In this document: positions 34,644-49,319 of the stretch, piece after piece
Layout: each line of letters starts with the position of its first letter
How positions within the stretch are numbered: position 1 is the first letter of the stretch
Source: Phoronis australis
Lineage: Eukaryota > Animalia > Phoronida
NCBI GenBank assembly: GCA_002633005.1
Contig: NMRA01000579.1
Span: 1 to 64,000, forward strand
Length of the DNA stretch: 64,000 bases
Reading direction: 5' to 3'
Made by a program: the position numbers and the translations under genes
Notes under the pieces: generated by a model
The model's database searches: none
Told to the model about the DNA's origin: nothing
The model's input: only the letters and a program-made list of their open reading frames with translations

Positions 34644-37600
34644 TAAGATAATTCTGCATTGACACCCCATATTAACTTATTTCACTTTTGACAAGCTTGT
34701 GGGTAATGGTCTGATATAACGTGCCCAAATTTTGAGAACCAGTTTTCTCCATTCAATAATTGGCATCAAACTGGTTCTCAAAATACGGGCATGTTATATC
34801 AGACTATTGCCAGCTTGCGCATACTTCACAACAAATTACCTATTGGAAGTGATTCCATTTGATAGTTTTGTTCTTTTTGCTATTACAGAACCAAAATTTT
34901 TAGCAAACTTGCCGTGGTGAAGCTGTCACCATCTCTTTAAATGATGTACATTTACCAAACAAAGAGTACGCGTTATGTTTTGAAATTTGGCGTCTGAGTT
35001 TTTTTTTTACAAATGCGACAGTAGTGCAAGTAACAAATGTTAATTAAATTGTGTCATTTTTAATTAACTGACCAAACAGACAAAATATGCATTTCAATGT
35101 CGAAGTAATACAAACTAAAGAAACGTCGGATGTGAGGACTGCAAATAAAAATATTTCTTGTAAAATTAGCTTCAATTAAATTGCTATTTTTCCCCATGAT
35201 TCCCAGCAGTGCTTTATTGTTTAGATATGCAGTTCAAGAGTCACGGACAGGCTGGCATTATGGTGACGTTAATTTCTCCAAGTCGAATAATAACGGATAA
35301 TTGCTCATTGGCTTAATGGCTCAACTTGCACGCCAGTGGCAAAAGTTCCACATAAAGGTGGAAGGAAAGTAAAGTGAGGTCCACAAGGTGAGGTCCACAA
35401 GCTAAATATACACGCATAGCCCATATGAGGCACTTGGGTCTGCAACACATCTCTTAACCCTTTATAACGCTGGAACCCCTACACAATCAAGAGGAGCGTT
35501 GTGAATTTCCAGTTCCAGACCACAGCACACAGTATTATAAAAAGCTCTCTAAATCACACGTTAATTAGGAATTGCTTCTTAGCTAATCAGCTTGTAAGCT
35601 CGACTCGCATACCGGCAGCAAGTACCGTGTTCAACATAGCAAGGACATGGAACACATGGGATTTTTCAACACTTGCTAAAGAACGATTGAACCGCCTGAC
35701 ATATGCCGTTGATGGGAATGTTTACATGTGAATCTTGAGGAACTAAGTGATCGTTATTGATAAAGGAATGTCACAGCAGGAGAAAACCTTGTGACTGTTG
35801 TGTTGGCGCAGCAGCCTGTTGTGACTGCAAATTTCTTTGAAAATTAAAGCTGCATTTCGGCATGTTGAGATGGCTAAAAATCGAAAGTCGTTATCAACTT
35901 AAGTCATAGGCAATATTATTTATTAATAAGTACGTGTGCCGTTTCCAAATTTGCAACTTTAGGGTTACCAATCTGCAATAAACTTTGAAGAAATTTCCCG
36001 ATTCACTGGCAATTTTGATGTTCTTCTTGATCACCAAAATAGAGTTCTGTCACATTAAGCCTAAAGACTATTTAGAGATTAATTTCATAAGAGTAAACAG
36101 CCTAATTCGACTTTTGTTTTTAGCCAGCTAAGAAGAATACAGCTTTAACCAATAAAATGACAGATTTTGTATGGCGACCTGTTAAAAATTCCAGGTAGCC
36201 ATACCACAGGCGAGCATGCAAAAAATATTACCGCAAGTGAACAGACTGAAGTCAGAATCATGCAACAAAAATTGGATGGGCCTGTTCATGTTTGTCTGCA
36301 GTTAGAGGTATGCACGGCATGTTAGCCCAACTGAGAGAGGGAAATCGGTCCTCACTGACCACACGACTCATGACAACTCGTATCACACGAGACGCTCTTA
36401 CGACACCAAATTTCAACAAGTGGAAGGCGCTGGTGGACGTCACTTTGGAAACAATATTGTTAACAAATTAATAAGCAATTAAGTTTGATAATGGGAGTAT
36501 TTGTTCGAGTTGGAAGGAATTAAGCACATCGACAACCTCCTCAGGTGTTCCTCTATGCGCAAAAGGTATTTATAACAACGTGACTCTGATGGTTTAGTCG
36601 GTGCGAGGCATAATTCGCCGAAAAGCTTCCGGCGTACAGAGTTCCTATAGCCTCTGCATCGCCTCTGGTTCGGGCCAACAGAGGCGATGGTCATTGCCTA
36701 GGCTATGGTGGATCGGATTTGATTTGGCCTTTTGTTTTTTTGGCGAGTTGGCGTCCTTATGCTAAATGTTGAGCAACCGTTTATTTGCCAAAGTTGTCAG
36801 TGGTTGAGTTGAAACGTCACTCAGTGAGTGTAGATGTTTATTTTTTATGAATAAACTGATAATATGGTTAGGTACTCTGGTCAATGTAGTTCAAGTAAAA
36901 ACAAAACTTGCACCAACCTTCCCCTTTCCGCCATATTTAATGGAAGCGACCTCTGGTGTTGCCAAGGTGTCTGCAGAGACGTCTATCGGGGAAAAGAAGG
37001 AATATCAAAGACAGTCTCGGGGAGTATTTGAAAATTGAATAATTGATCGTGGTTAACTACTAACACAGCTCGTGCCCCACCGAATAATATTTCGAAATCA
37101 TTTTATGAATGAACATTATATCATTAAATCAATCTTATCCATCCTGCACATACGTTTTTCATAATTAGAGGAATGACGCTAAGCATCGTGATACATAACC
37201 CCAGGTGGTCAACAAACCCGAAATCAATAAATAGACGTGGTAATCGCTACACAAAGGCGAATATTGGAGATTTTTAAAGACACTAGTTGGTGTTACACCG
37301 GTCAAACTGGCAAAGCCAGAACTTGAGAATTTCCTGCGAGGGGCCTGCACACGGGATTATGGGTACGAGATATCATTGTCAACCGTGGGCCACAAGAGCC
37401 TGCAGTAGAAGGGGAGCGAATGCAACGACGAATTATTTTGATATAGCCTACAACTAGGTGTAAAAGTTATAAGAAAACAAGTCACAACGATTTCACATGC
37501 TGTCATTTTTTGTTCGTAGGTCACAAAAATGAGATAAAGACTTCGGCTCTAAATATCAAAAAACCAATGTAATGATATCCGTTAGTCCCGGCGACATCAA

Positions 37601-38869
37601 TTTTCGTAAATTGGCGGTCTGTAAGTTCTGATATGTTGCAAAAGATAAATAATTATGGACGGTTGAGGTTATGTGCGACAGTCAAATAATGACTTAATCC
37701 CACTGAAAAACATGCACGCACCTGGGGAAGGCTCTGGAGGGCTCTCACGAGCCCCCGGTCGAATGAGCCCCCCCCCTTTGGCGAAGTGGGCAAAAAGGTC
37801 CGCCTCAAATAAACAAAAACTCCGAAATAAAAGTATAAAACGAGACAAAAATGCACTAAAAAGGCAGGAGCTACAAAGCTTCGGTGAATGCACAATTCAT
37901 TGCTCTGAACGTACCCCGTGAATCTTATTAAAAGACCCACATTCTAAAAAAATCGAGCCAACGTTTTTTAGGCTGAATGCGCGCATGAAAAATCATGTCT
38001 CAGAACTGAATGATCCGGCTGATTCATATGAAACTTTCAGGTAGTAATCTCTATGCATTGTTCTCAATAGGCTGTTAGAAATTGTTCTTAAAATTTCCCA
38101 TTTTTTGCCTGAGGGTCTATCAAAAAATAGACTTTTTATGACTTTTATCAAAAGAAATCAAACAGTATAGAATGAAAACGAAAGAATAATTTAGAAATCA
38201 GTAACAGCGTTTACGAGATTTCGTCTTTGAACGTTGCTAAACAGAATTTCGTCATGTTGATAACGTTGTTCTGCAATCGATATACCTAGTAAATTTTCTC
38301 TAAATGTTACTAAAAGGCATGATCACTTGATCCAATTAATGTCATATTGATAAAAACCAAAACCCAAATTATGCAACCTCTCTAAGTTCGGAATTGTGTG
38401 CTTTTACTGGATAAAAGTCCACAGTTTATGGTTATTTAGCTAAATACAGAAACACTTATCGATAAATTCCTACCTAACCTTACCTACTTGAGAAATAATG
38501 AGATGTGTGAAACATTGTTTGCATGTGATAGGGCCGATAGATGATACCACCGGTGTAAGGTTTGGAGACGTTTTGCCATTGTATCACAATAGCGCGTTTA
38601 CAGAAGTCAAGACAAGAGGTTGGCTCTGATTCGACTTCACTTTGAAGTTAAATACGTTCTATCCGGGAGCTGTTCTCTACGTAATAAGAAACAGTAAAAT
38701 CCCATTTGACTTCAATCATAAGAGAGAAGGGTCAGGTTAATTTGAACTCGTCTACTTAGTGGCGGTTGTATGGGCTGTACCAAATGTAAAAGGAACGCAC
38801 TAGAAGGAAAAAACAAAATCAAGTGCGGCTCGTGACTCAGTCAGTTGAAGATATTCACTTGGTACCAAG

Positions 38870-39229
38870 ATGGCGGCAGAATCAGGCGAGTGTCGTCTGG
38901 CCCTGCACGTGAAACTGCTATACGGGATGGTTTTCGTATTGTTTGCTGCATCAGGAGGAATTGTGTGGCTTGGGTATCGTGAAATTCAAACCTTAGATCA
39001 CAAATTGCAAGAGGTGATTATTCGCACAGCAGATGTGGAGTTCTTTAATGAACCCTTGCCCAGTACAGGCGAGCAGTCAAGTCAGCGCGCGCGCCGTGCC
39101 ACGGCGGACGTCAGGGAAAACCTGCCTGCTCAAGAAGAATTTCTGCGCGTGAAGAGAGCTTGGAATAACGAGGGGTCGGGAAGCTTGCCCGATGATTATA
39201 CATGGATTGGGTCGGTTTCCAGGGTTCGG
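38870..39229 (+). CDS. Type II transmembrane collagen (colmedin/gliomedin- or MACIT-like), exon 1
   Basis: CAAGATGGCG start; short cytoplasmic N-terminus; TM LLYGMVFVLFAASGGIVWLGY; furin-type RARR and RVKR; WIGSVSRV; donor cgg|gtgagt. Linkage to the downstream Gly-X-Y exons is inferred. Confidence 0.75.
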
Positions 39230-42200
39230 GTGAGTAAAAAAATAATAATGTATGAATAACTTGTGCTCGCTAGCAGGGATTCGCGAGCCTTTGAAAAAGT
39301 TTACCTGCATGCCGAAGTCGGAGATAACATTTGTCATTTGACAGGAAAGTGTAAGAAAACACGTAGAATTTCCATTGGCAACTGAAGTAATGCCTGCATA
39401 AAATCATTCGTCGGTTTAGCATTAACTAGTTCATTAGCTTGAAAAACAAGGACTACTTTCTTCCAAAATTCCTGCTCATTTGATGGTTTGGTTATTATCA
39501 CAGCATGCCTTTCTGTTATCTCTTGCTTAGATCACGCAAATCTCTCTCCCTCTCAATTACAAAAGTAAGGTATTCTCGCTTTAGGACTACGCTATCTGAA
39601 TCTGTGTAACGAAGGAGTCGGTAATTAGAAAAACGTAAATGCCAAAAAGGAAAAGCCGCAGTTATTGGACAGTGATTAAGATGTCGCGCTGCTATGGACA
39701 CATGCTGATCCAGGCCTGTACTATGGGTAAATACGGATTTAAGAGGCTTAACAGTCTTTTATAAATACTTAATGTGTAATCGCGGTCATTAGAAGGCCTC
39801 AAATCCAAAATACCTGGAAGATTTAGGTTCAACCTTTAGACTGGTGGTGCTAAATACCCTTATTACGTGAAGTCAAGCGGTTATTAAATATCTTCTTCTT
39901 GAATCAGTGATCGCGTCGGTGTAAATAATACCCGTACGGCGACCTGCAGGTCTCATCAGCTGTGTTTTTTTTCATAATTAAAGTCAGGGTGAATAGTACA
40001 AGAAAACCATGCTCTCGGATAGCGGAACTGAGGACAAGCAGACGTTTTCAATGCGTCAATTGATTCGGGGAATGTCACGTGATACGCGAACGCGTGTCGG
40101 ACATCATGCAATAAACATTCGGCTCTTTGAAATAAACAATAGGCCTAAAATCGTGATTGTAACGAAGAGGTTGCAACGTAAACAAATAAAAATGAGAATT
40201 GTGGTCACATGAATTCAAATTTACCCTAATTATAATTAAGAAATTTCAAATTTCTGTGTTGGGTCTTGACATTTCGAACAATGCACCTCGTTCTTCAGTG
40301 ACTCTAGAGCGTTTTGACTCCGCTTACAAGTGAAAGCACAACTTTTCCTTTGTAGATAGGTTTTAAGTTCATAAGCATGCACTGAATTAAACAGACAAAA
40401 ACAGAAGCTTTTGCAACCGCTCGATTTTTTTGAAAATGGAACTTTTCCTTTGCGTATGCAGCTGCCAACCAAATGTTTCCAGCAATTTTGCAACTAAAAC
40501 GCCAACTTTCGAAAAGTCTCTCTTGAGAAGGCTTTTAGAAAAGCATGAGTTTTTACATACGGGTACTGCTTTCGGTTACGTCTACCAAGAACCCAAATGA
40601 AACAATAGGTTCTAAAACATGAACGTCACGAGCGCATTTATTTAGTGTATTCGTATGGACGGAAATTTTTGAAATCTTAAAGAAAAAAGCGTTCTCGGTC
40701 GTGTTAACGTGTTTGTGTGACGCAACACTTCCAAAACGTTCAGACAATTTTCGTTTTCAAATGAACATGGAGTGCTTCTGTCATGACCAAAATCTAACTA
40801 ATGCCGCGTATGCGTACATTTAGGCTCGTGAACCGGAACGAATTCAGGCGTACGTGCATATATCGAAAACACAAGAGTACAATGAAGAATCATTTTTTGC
40901 GTGTAAGTGAAGATTAGAGTGGGTTGAAGTTACATTTTCATTTGAAAACATAACGTTTTTCTTCATGCGACTTCCCTCCAATTTTTGGAAAAACTGACGT
41001 CACCGACTCAGTAGCGTATTCGAGTAAACTGAAAACTTTGAAAACACAAAGAAAAGGATGAGTTTTTCAATGAAATGGAGTCCTCTAGGCATAACCTTGG
41101 TCATGTACCTGACGTTTAGATCTCTACTTTTGAATTTAAGGTAAAGCAATACATTGAAAATCAAAAATGTACACACTGTCTGAGCCTGCAAATCAGGTTA
41201 TACACACACGTCGACGCATACGTGCTTGGGGCGAAACGCTTTAGCAGATACATTTTTGGAACGAGGCACCATTTGGAATATCGCTAATCCGGAGGGTACT
41301 CTACTACGTTTTTGACAGGAATGCAGCTGGAAATTGAGATGGCCGTCGGTTTGAAGAGTTGACTCGAAAAAGATACTCGTTTGTTAAGAATTTACATAAC
41401 GCAGATCTCCCCTCTTAGAGTTTCGCACAGAAGCACGCCCCCTTTTGTGGGGTTAATTACATAAACCTAAAAATTTTGTAGGAATTCTTGGACAGTTGTC
41501 GTTTGATCCTAAAACCGTAAAGGAAGAGATTACATGTTATCAAAATGAGCATGCTATTTGCACCCAAAGCTTTGGTTGCATTGCGGACAAAAACTTACCT
41601 TTTCTCACTTTTTCCCACTTTTAGGTTTCGCTTTTGGGCGCAGTAGGTTATTCCTTATTTTGTATATGTCTTAAAGGTGCGGTTATACCCGAATGTGTCG
41701 ATTTTAACGGTCAAATGACAACGTGTCCTAATTGGGAATTGCGTGTAAAATAGAATCCGGAAAAGAAGCATTTTATACTTGAAATGCTTCTTTTCCGGAT
41801 TCTGTTTTTATGAAAAAATCGGCTTATGTTACGAAAAGATAAGTATGTTTATCCAAATATTGCACAAAATACTCAGGTATTGTAATAAAAAATATCACTT
41901 GTTCGTTGTTCCTAAGAGCACGCTGCTTTTTCAGGGATTCCCGTTTCATTATTAGAAGAAAACCGCGCAAATCATCAAAACGTGCTCGGCTAGAGTGGTT
42001 TTACCACCTGTTGCTGTCCATTCCGGAGAATTTTCATGCATGTCAATATCGACCATTTGGTAATGGATAAGTCCAGCTTCACTCACATAATATTTTTGAA
42101 TTTTAGTTCTCGGTTTTACTTACGGTTGTCACACGGCACCAAATTCTGGACATAAGAGCAATTTCAAATCGGCTTATGGCCTTCACTAATATGAAACACA

Positions 42201-45200
42201 AACATTTAAAGAAACTTCTTGTATAATTTGGTAGTCGCTAAAGGGTAATCTTTTGTAGAGTTTTGCAGTCCCAAGGTGAGCACTTTTGTAGTCAGTACAA
42301 TTGAAAAAGTTTCCTTCGCTACATGATTTTGTTGGGCGCCCTTTCGCATGGATACTTGTGACAAATAAGCTATCTGAGAAGCACGTTCCGTATGCCCCCG
42401 CCCCCTCCCTCCTTCCCCAATGGTTAGATCAACATGTGTATAATTTTTATAGCACACCGATGAGCATTTGTGCCCGATTTGCGTTTGCTTATCTACTAGC
42501 ATGAGTAAAAATTTATGTTTCGGTATCATTCGTGACGTTACAGGCGTTATAGAGGTCACTGTTTTCCACATTGTCGCAGTGACACTGCTGTACTGCGCCT
42601 GCCGACTGACGCGTGTTTGAAACAAGAGTAATGTTTTGAAAGGCTAGTCTACATCGGAAGGTGTCACATAGAAATTGGATTTGCGTTTTTTGATAATTAC
42701 TTTTATAATGATTTTGTGGGTGGTTGCGGTTGTCTTAACACACCATGAACGCCGACATTGGCATCTCAAGTTTTCCGCTCGCTGGAGTTTTGACAAAATA
42801 ATGCTGATGACGTCAGATCAAAATCCGTGATTTCCGAAAGGAATTCCCAATGTATTCCCTTTCGCGAACCCCTCCGCGACAATGTCACCAGTGTTAAAGT
42901 CGGGATGATCAAGACACACCCAATAAACTTTGGTGGAGGTTATGTTAATGACTACGAGACATTTTGTTTATTAGTAAATACTACAGAACTGCTAACACGA
43001 ACGAATCTGTATTTACAATCGGGGTCATTGTTCAATGTTAAGGAATGGCTTTTCCGGTTAAAATTGAATGTATCTCCAGCAGTGCTCCCATTCGCCGGAA
43101 CAGCCATTAGCCTGAAATGTCTCGATCCTGTGTGGACTACTTCGATTGTAACACGAATAAAGATTTAGATCCGCGTTGATTTATCGACCAGCCGTCGGCT
43201 AACGATGTTTACCATTCAATGTTTCTTGGCTGCTGAGCCGTGGTTTAGTTTGTTATGTAAAAAAACCATCTACCCTTCTAGAAGAGGTGTAGCAATTCAC
43301 TTAATCAAACCAAACAAATTAAAGGTTGTGTCCGAAAGAATGTTGTTGAAGAAATTCGCTTCGAAGCCGTAATGTATAGTTCACGCCATGACGTGGAAAG
43401 CAGTGCCGCTGAATATTGTTTTGGCGCCAACTGCTTTCATTTCCGCTTGCCATGTTGTATAGCAGAAAAGATACAGCTTTGTACTGTCTTATTACCCCCT
43501 CCGCAATTTGGATTGTTTTCTCACTACGTCAATGTTCAGCAACGGGGTCGTAAGATTAGGACCCCGCGCGCTTTCAAAAGCTCTGCTCTTTCCATTGTGA
43601 CTGGTGAACTCTGCACGGCCTAAATTTCGTGTTTTTACCGCTGCAACACAGCTGTTCAAATGTCTACTGTTGCAGAAGTCTCCAGAGTTCCCTGAACTCA
43701 ATGTCAATGCCACCTGTATCATGTAGCCTCGAATGGAGTATCCGGGCATTCACTGGATAAAAGGGTCCGTTTGTTGGCAGTCCAATACATGCAGCTGGTT
43801 GTTTACAGACCCCCCCTCTCTCTCCTGCTGCAGCGGTCGTTCTACATACACGAAATTGAGATTTTACACATTGGAAATCAATTAAAATGACTCATTGACA
43901 GACCACCAGTAAATAAAAATAAACTCACGTGACCTGTCAAGGTCATTTCAGGTGAATTGTTTGCCATTCACGAATTATAACTTTAGTTTCCGCTTTCTTG
44001 AACGATTACACACGCTGATAAAAAAAAATGGTATTCTACAGATGCAACTCCCGTTTTAAAAATCCCTAAAATTAGCTTTTAATGATTCTTCGTGCATACG
44101 CTAGGTTCTCTTATTCTACATCAGTAAGCTTTTCAGCCAGCGCGTTATTATTTTGCATCTGTGTGTATTCTTTAAAATTCGAAACATTGCTGGAACAGGC
44201 CAGAAGCGACTCGTTGACCTGCATGTTTATCTGAGCTCAAAGGCGATGTACAAACGGAAATACTTTAGTCAACAAGCTACTTGGTACAGGAAAGCCATTA
44301 ATGTGGTTTTAAGGAAAAGCTTTGGTAGCTATATATATGTTCGACATATGTTCCACAAAAATGAAGTGCGTCCCAAGCTCGGTTTCCGGAGATAAAAGGG
44401 AGATTAGATGTGGGCTAAAATCAATGACTTATTACGACGGGAACTCATACATAAATTAATAAAAACATATATAGAAGAAAATCCGACTAGGTGTCCTTCA
44501 ACTCGTAACTTTATGAATTAACCTATTGTTTGCCAACCCTAAGGTCTACCACTTCGACAACTATCATGACCCTGGTTCCGGTTCCGAAACCACTCGACTT
44601 TACTGTCCATCCATTTTTATAACTCTAGAGAATGAACCGATGCTGATGAAACTGACACTGGTTGATGGCAAGTTCAGGGCAATTGGTCGGGATACCAACA
44701 GTACTACAGACCTGCAGGTCAGCGTAATCGACAACAGGAACATGTTGGTCGCAACTCGAGTACTGCGGTGCTTTACAATGTTAAAAATGCTGCTGCAGAC
44801 TCTGCTTCCAATAAATCCAGAATAAGTAGTTGTAATGAAGGAACGCGTTTAGAGGATAAATTTTGTCCTCGAGTACTCGCTTAGTTTATTGGCCAAATCT
44901 AATAAACTGCACGGTATTTAGATGAGAATTCTGTGACGCCTGAGTGGTCGTTTAGTCGACCATTTACTTTCTTTAATTGATAAACATGAAGCTATTTAAA
45001 GAAACACTTCGCGCCTCTGTTTAGATAAAAATTTCCTAAGACGTATTTCATTTAAGCAAATCAATTTAGTAAAAACGTATTTCCAAAGGATGTTCTTTCA
45101 TCGCGTCATTAATATTCTTCAATAGAACATATTTTCATCATAAAAATCTAGATATTACTATTTGAATTTCTAGTGATGCACCCTCAAAATGGCCACTACA

Positions 45201-45802
45201 GTTGAAAGTTTTTGAACTTCACTTTTTATGTATTTGAAAATCTGATAGTACATTGCACAAGTACGCATGGGCTGTGTTTTACCAAGAGTTCATATGTGTA
45301 CTTTAGTGATTAGTTATATGTTCTTAAAGGGATATCCTCGTGAAAGAAAAGTAACTTTTCCAGAAATTTGCAGTAGCTGGACATAACCCCACCCCACCCA
45401 AGTTTCACAGTAGCGAGCTAATACTCTGCCACTGGACCAAATCCCCCACGATAAACAGCAGAAAATGTTAAATGTCATACTTGGTAGGCACCAGCCTTCA
45501 TTTGAACGTATATCTCGCAGAGAACGGCGAGACTTAGCGATTTGTAATGATATCATAAAAAGGCAGCAGATCCTGTTGCTTTATAGCTTTGATCAAAGCC
45601 AATATTTTCAAAAAGTCTATCTTATCCAATAATAATACCAAAAATGCATTTTTCGACCGTAAACCCGATTATCTCCCTTTTACTGGTGAAAGAGTGTAAT
45701 TTAACGGTAACTTGATTTTTTCTCTTCTGAAAGCACTTGAAAAACACGTTTCATAAAAGTAAATATGAATACCAATGGTGACAACACCACTGACTATCGT
45801 TG

Positions 45803-45912
45803 AGCGTGATGATGATGATGACGAAGACAACGATTGTAAAGACGACGACGAGAACGCTAGTGACGGTAACGATGCTGAGTCGTTCGGCTGACGATGACGA
45901 CGATGATGATGG
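45803..45912. repeat. Degenerate (GAT/GAC)n trinucleotide repeat
   Basis: Visible directly in the sequence. Confidence 0.7.
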
Positions 45913-46258
45913 TCCGCGCACTCTCGTTCTGTAACTGTTGTACTAAAAATTGAATTTTCCAGGACGATGGATGGTAAGAACAACATACAGTAACTTAATA
46001 ATTTCCCACGGTAGCATAGGCAACATATTAAACTTATATCAGTTCACCTGGGAGGTAAGGTATTACTTTCTCCTGCCAGTGCGCCACAAGGCTTTTCCTG
46101 TTCGGTGTTCGGTCACGAATTTCTGATATGGACTCCCTCAAAAGTCGACCCGTGCGCTTTTTATGTACCTGTCTGTGTAATTAGACGAACCTTGTGGCCT
46201 GTATCTTCTGGTGACACTATTGCAGATATTTTACACTAAAATGTAATACAAAACATAA

Positions 46259-46498
46259 ACCCGTTCCAAGAAAACTGACTTAGCTAAGAAAAATCTTAAA
46301 TTTCATTCAAAATATAACTTAAATTTGTCTCAAGTACAAGAAAATGAGATCTAAAGTTTGACTTAAGTTTTTGACTGCAGTTTTTTGCCTTTATTTTGAC
46401 TAACTTAGCGGATGTGGAAGTTTCAGAGTTTGGAAATTGAGACAAATCTTAGACTTAAGTAAAAAGTGAACTTAGGTCAGTTTCTTGGAACGGGTCCC
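46259..46498. mobile_element. MITE, Harbinger-like
   Basis: TIRs acccgttccaagaaa(a)ctgac / gtcagtttcttggaacgggt. Confidence 0.7.
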
Positions 46499-49319
46499 AA
46501 AAGTTTGTTGTAAAAATACTTAAAGCAATAAGTTACTTTGCTCTTACTTTGGTCTTACACTGTGGGGAAGATGTGGCATGCGCATAGATCGTAGGATCAT
46601 GTCTGCCTTTCATTATACTGTTTAAACGTTCGTAGATACTGCGCTAACCGATCCCAAATTCCTTCGACGATTGCCATGGCTTTTTAAGATAACGACATTC
46701 GATGTTCGAAAACACGGAAATTACCCTCAAAATCATGAACCTGTGTTGAAAAGATTTATTGAAATAATAGAATAAGAGAAAGAAAGATTTTAATGCGAGA
46801 CAGATGCCTAAATGGTTTATAACATAACAAGAATTGGCTTTGTTAAATAAGGTGTCTGTTTTGCACAGTGACGTTTCACCAAAAGTAGATCTACGTCTTG
46901 CAATACTTTAATTAAAACGTCAGTTTTATGTGTAATTTTACTTGGTGGAACAGACGTTTTCATATGATTTGAGTCGAAAGAATTCTTTGACATTTATGAA
47001 ATTGCCGGTCATTACCGATGGCAATACCGTGACGTTTTGNCGAGATCGACGACGAAATCAAGAAGATAATAAATCATGACCTCGACGCTTATTACAGTAA
47101 GTATTACGATAGCCCGTAAGAAGATCTATTTACAAACCAAATTTGAAAAGGTTCAGTCAAAGGATCGCGGAGCTAGAGCTCCGCAAACATAATTCGTAAA
47201 ATGACCACCTTGCGTCCGATTTCGCCCAAAAACAACAGTTCTAACAAAGTGCAACTATAATTAAGTAGTCAACAAAAGAGCAGTCAACTGGGCAGTAAAT
47301 TTCGAATATCGTAAAAACGGTAATCCATAGCAATAACCGGCTTTACAATCCTGACAGCGCTCGAAAAGATCTATTTACATACCAAATTTTAGACAGATCC
47401 GTTAAGTTACGCCGAAGATACGGCACGAAAACTCAGTTATTTAGAGAGCAGTCCTTGGAAAATTTCGAATAACTCGAGAACGATAAAAACCAGAGGAAAT
47501 CAAATGACACATCAGCGATAGTCCTTGAAAAAAACAGCAAATCCGACCAGAAATAGCTGAACTGTGGCTCTGCAAACGAAAAACCAATAAATGGCCGCCA
47601 CAGCACCATCTTGTATCGGATTTCAATAAAAAACAATTCTTCGAGTCATTCACAAACCACATGTTGTGTGTAAATTTTGCGTGGATCCAATACGAATTGC
47701 GATCTGTAGCGTCCGAACAAGAAACAAACCAAAAAATAAACAAAAAAACAAATTTTATGACAAAGCAACATGCTTGGAGAAATTTCATTTCACCAAGTAA
47801 TTTCTAATAGATTAATTGTTTAGATGTCTGGGTACTGTTCAAGGGCGGATCAAGGAATTTTTAAAAAGGGGGTCCAAGTCAACACTTTGAAAATTCTAGA
47901 TTTAATATCACTAAAATCAAGGAAAAAAGGGGGTCTGGAACCCTTGGACCCGCTAATGCTGCATTACTTAGTTTGTGTTGTAACGCCTCTGACACGCTGA
48001 AAACAATTTAGACTTATTCCCCCATTTGACCATGATTGTCTCTATTGACTGTCCGTCATTTTCCGACATCTGTAGAACGAATCATACTATGCGCGTGAGG
48101 ACATTTTGAATCAATATGTGTGGTATTTGGATGAAACAATTTCGAAACCGTGTGACGGCGTTCAGAGGAATTTATTTGAACTAATAACCTTCCCCCAAAA
48201 CACAGTGCTACAGTCAACCACAACCAGTTGACACCTTGTTGGCTTCTTGTGGCGTTAGTAATTACGAGGCCTACATCTCCGCGCTTCGGAAATTTGACAA
48301 CTGCAGGCTTTGATCAGAATCAAAACGTAACTATACTGCAGTCTCAAATTTATTTAACGGTAAATTTTAACGATTTGGTATCAAAGTGACATTGAGAAGC
48401 GTGCAGTCGATAAGGTTTTGCAGGGCGTAGCAAGCAAGGAAACGTCACACGTACAATGGATTGCCTTCTTCACAGCAGACGAAGTTTTCCAGTCACTACG
48501 TCAACTCGTGGTCAAAGAAAAAGATTTTAGTTGGTGTCAAAACGTAGTCGCAAAATATTGAAAAACAACAAAATGAACGTAGATGACTTGAAAAGCAAAG
48601 TTGATGGCAGTGACAACCGGGGATAAACAAGCACATAAAAATCGCACCACCACCACCACCTTACTTCAAAAGTTGAAAGAAATTATCTTAACGGATAAAA
48701 GACAACGGATCAAAGATATAAACATCGTTATCCACGTGGTTTTTTGAAAACTCTCAGACCAGCACAAAATAAAATTTTTGTTTTATTTTGACTGCTCAAA
48801 ACCGGTCATAACCAGCTCCACTTCTCACTTCTCCCACGTTGTTGGGGTCACATGCCCAATGTTTTGCACATCAACCTTGTGAGGTTTGCCGCGGAAATAA
48901 CCCTTTGAAAGCAGCTCATTTCATAGCCTTGGAAAATAATGTTGCACTACCAACATCAAACTTCGCTGTATACAAAAAAACTTTGACACCGGAAGCGCAA
49001 AATGCATGCGCGACTATGGTCGGGAGTATGATATAACAAATGTTCCCGTTTTAGTGATATCTGTAGTTTGGCGAAGACTTTCCTGTTCTTCAAACTAGTG
49101 AAAACATAGGATCGGGCGCCTTGTTTTGTGCAATTACATTCCTGTCCTTTACAATAATTGCGCGTGTGCGAGGATTGTTGCTGTCAGGATTGCAACCACT
49201 ACAATGCATTCTTTGCTCTTTAACGCTAGCGCATTGAATCAGTGGTGAATCTTCGAGACGTATGACAAAAGATAATTAATGTTTCGGCGATAAGCAGCAG
49301 ATTCATTTGTTCTTTTTAG

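Larger units (their letters stand above)
31198..35295. repeat. Segmental duplication copy B
   Basis: Colinear with 24645-28186, plus a 303-bp coding segment and a 301-bp insertion absent from copy A. Confidence 0.9.

Noticed and set aside
39935-39962. Minus-strand CTGATGA-GACC-TGCA-GGTC hairpin
   Set aside because: Followed by GCCG instead of the required GAAA.
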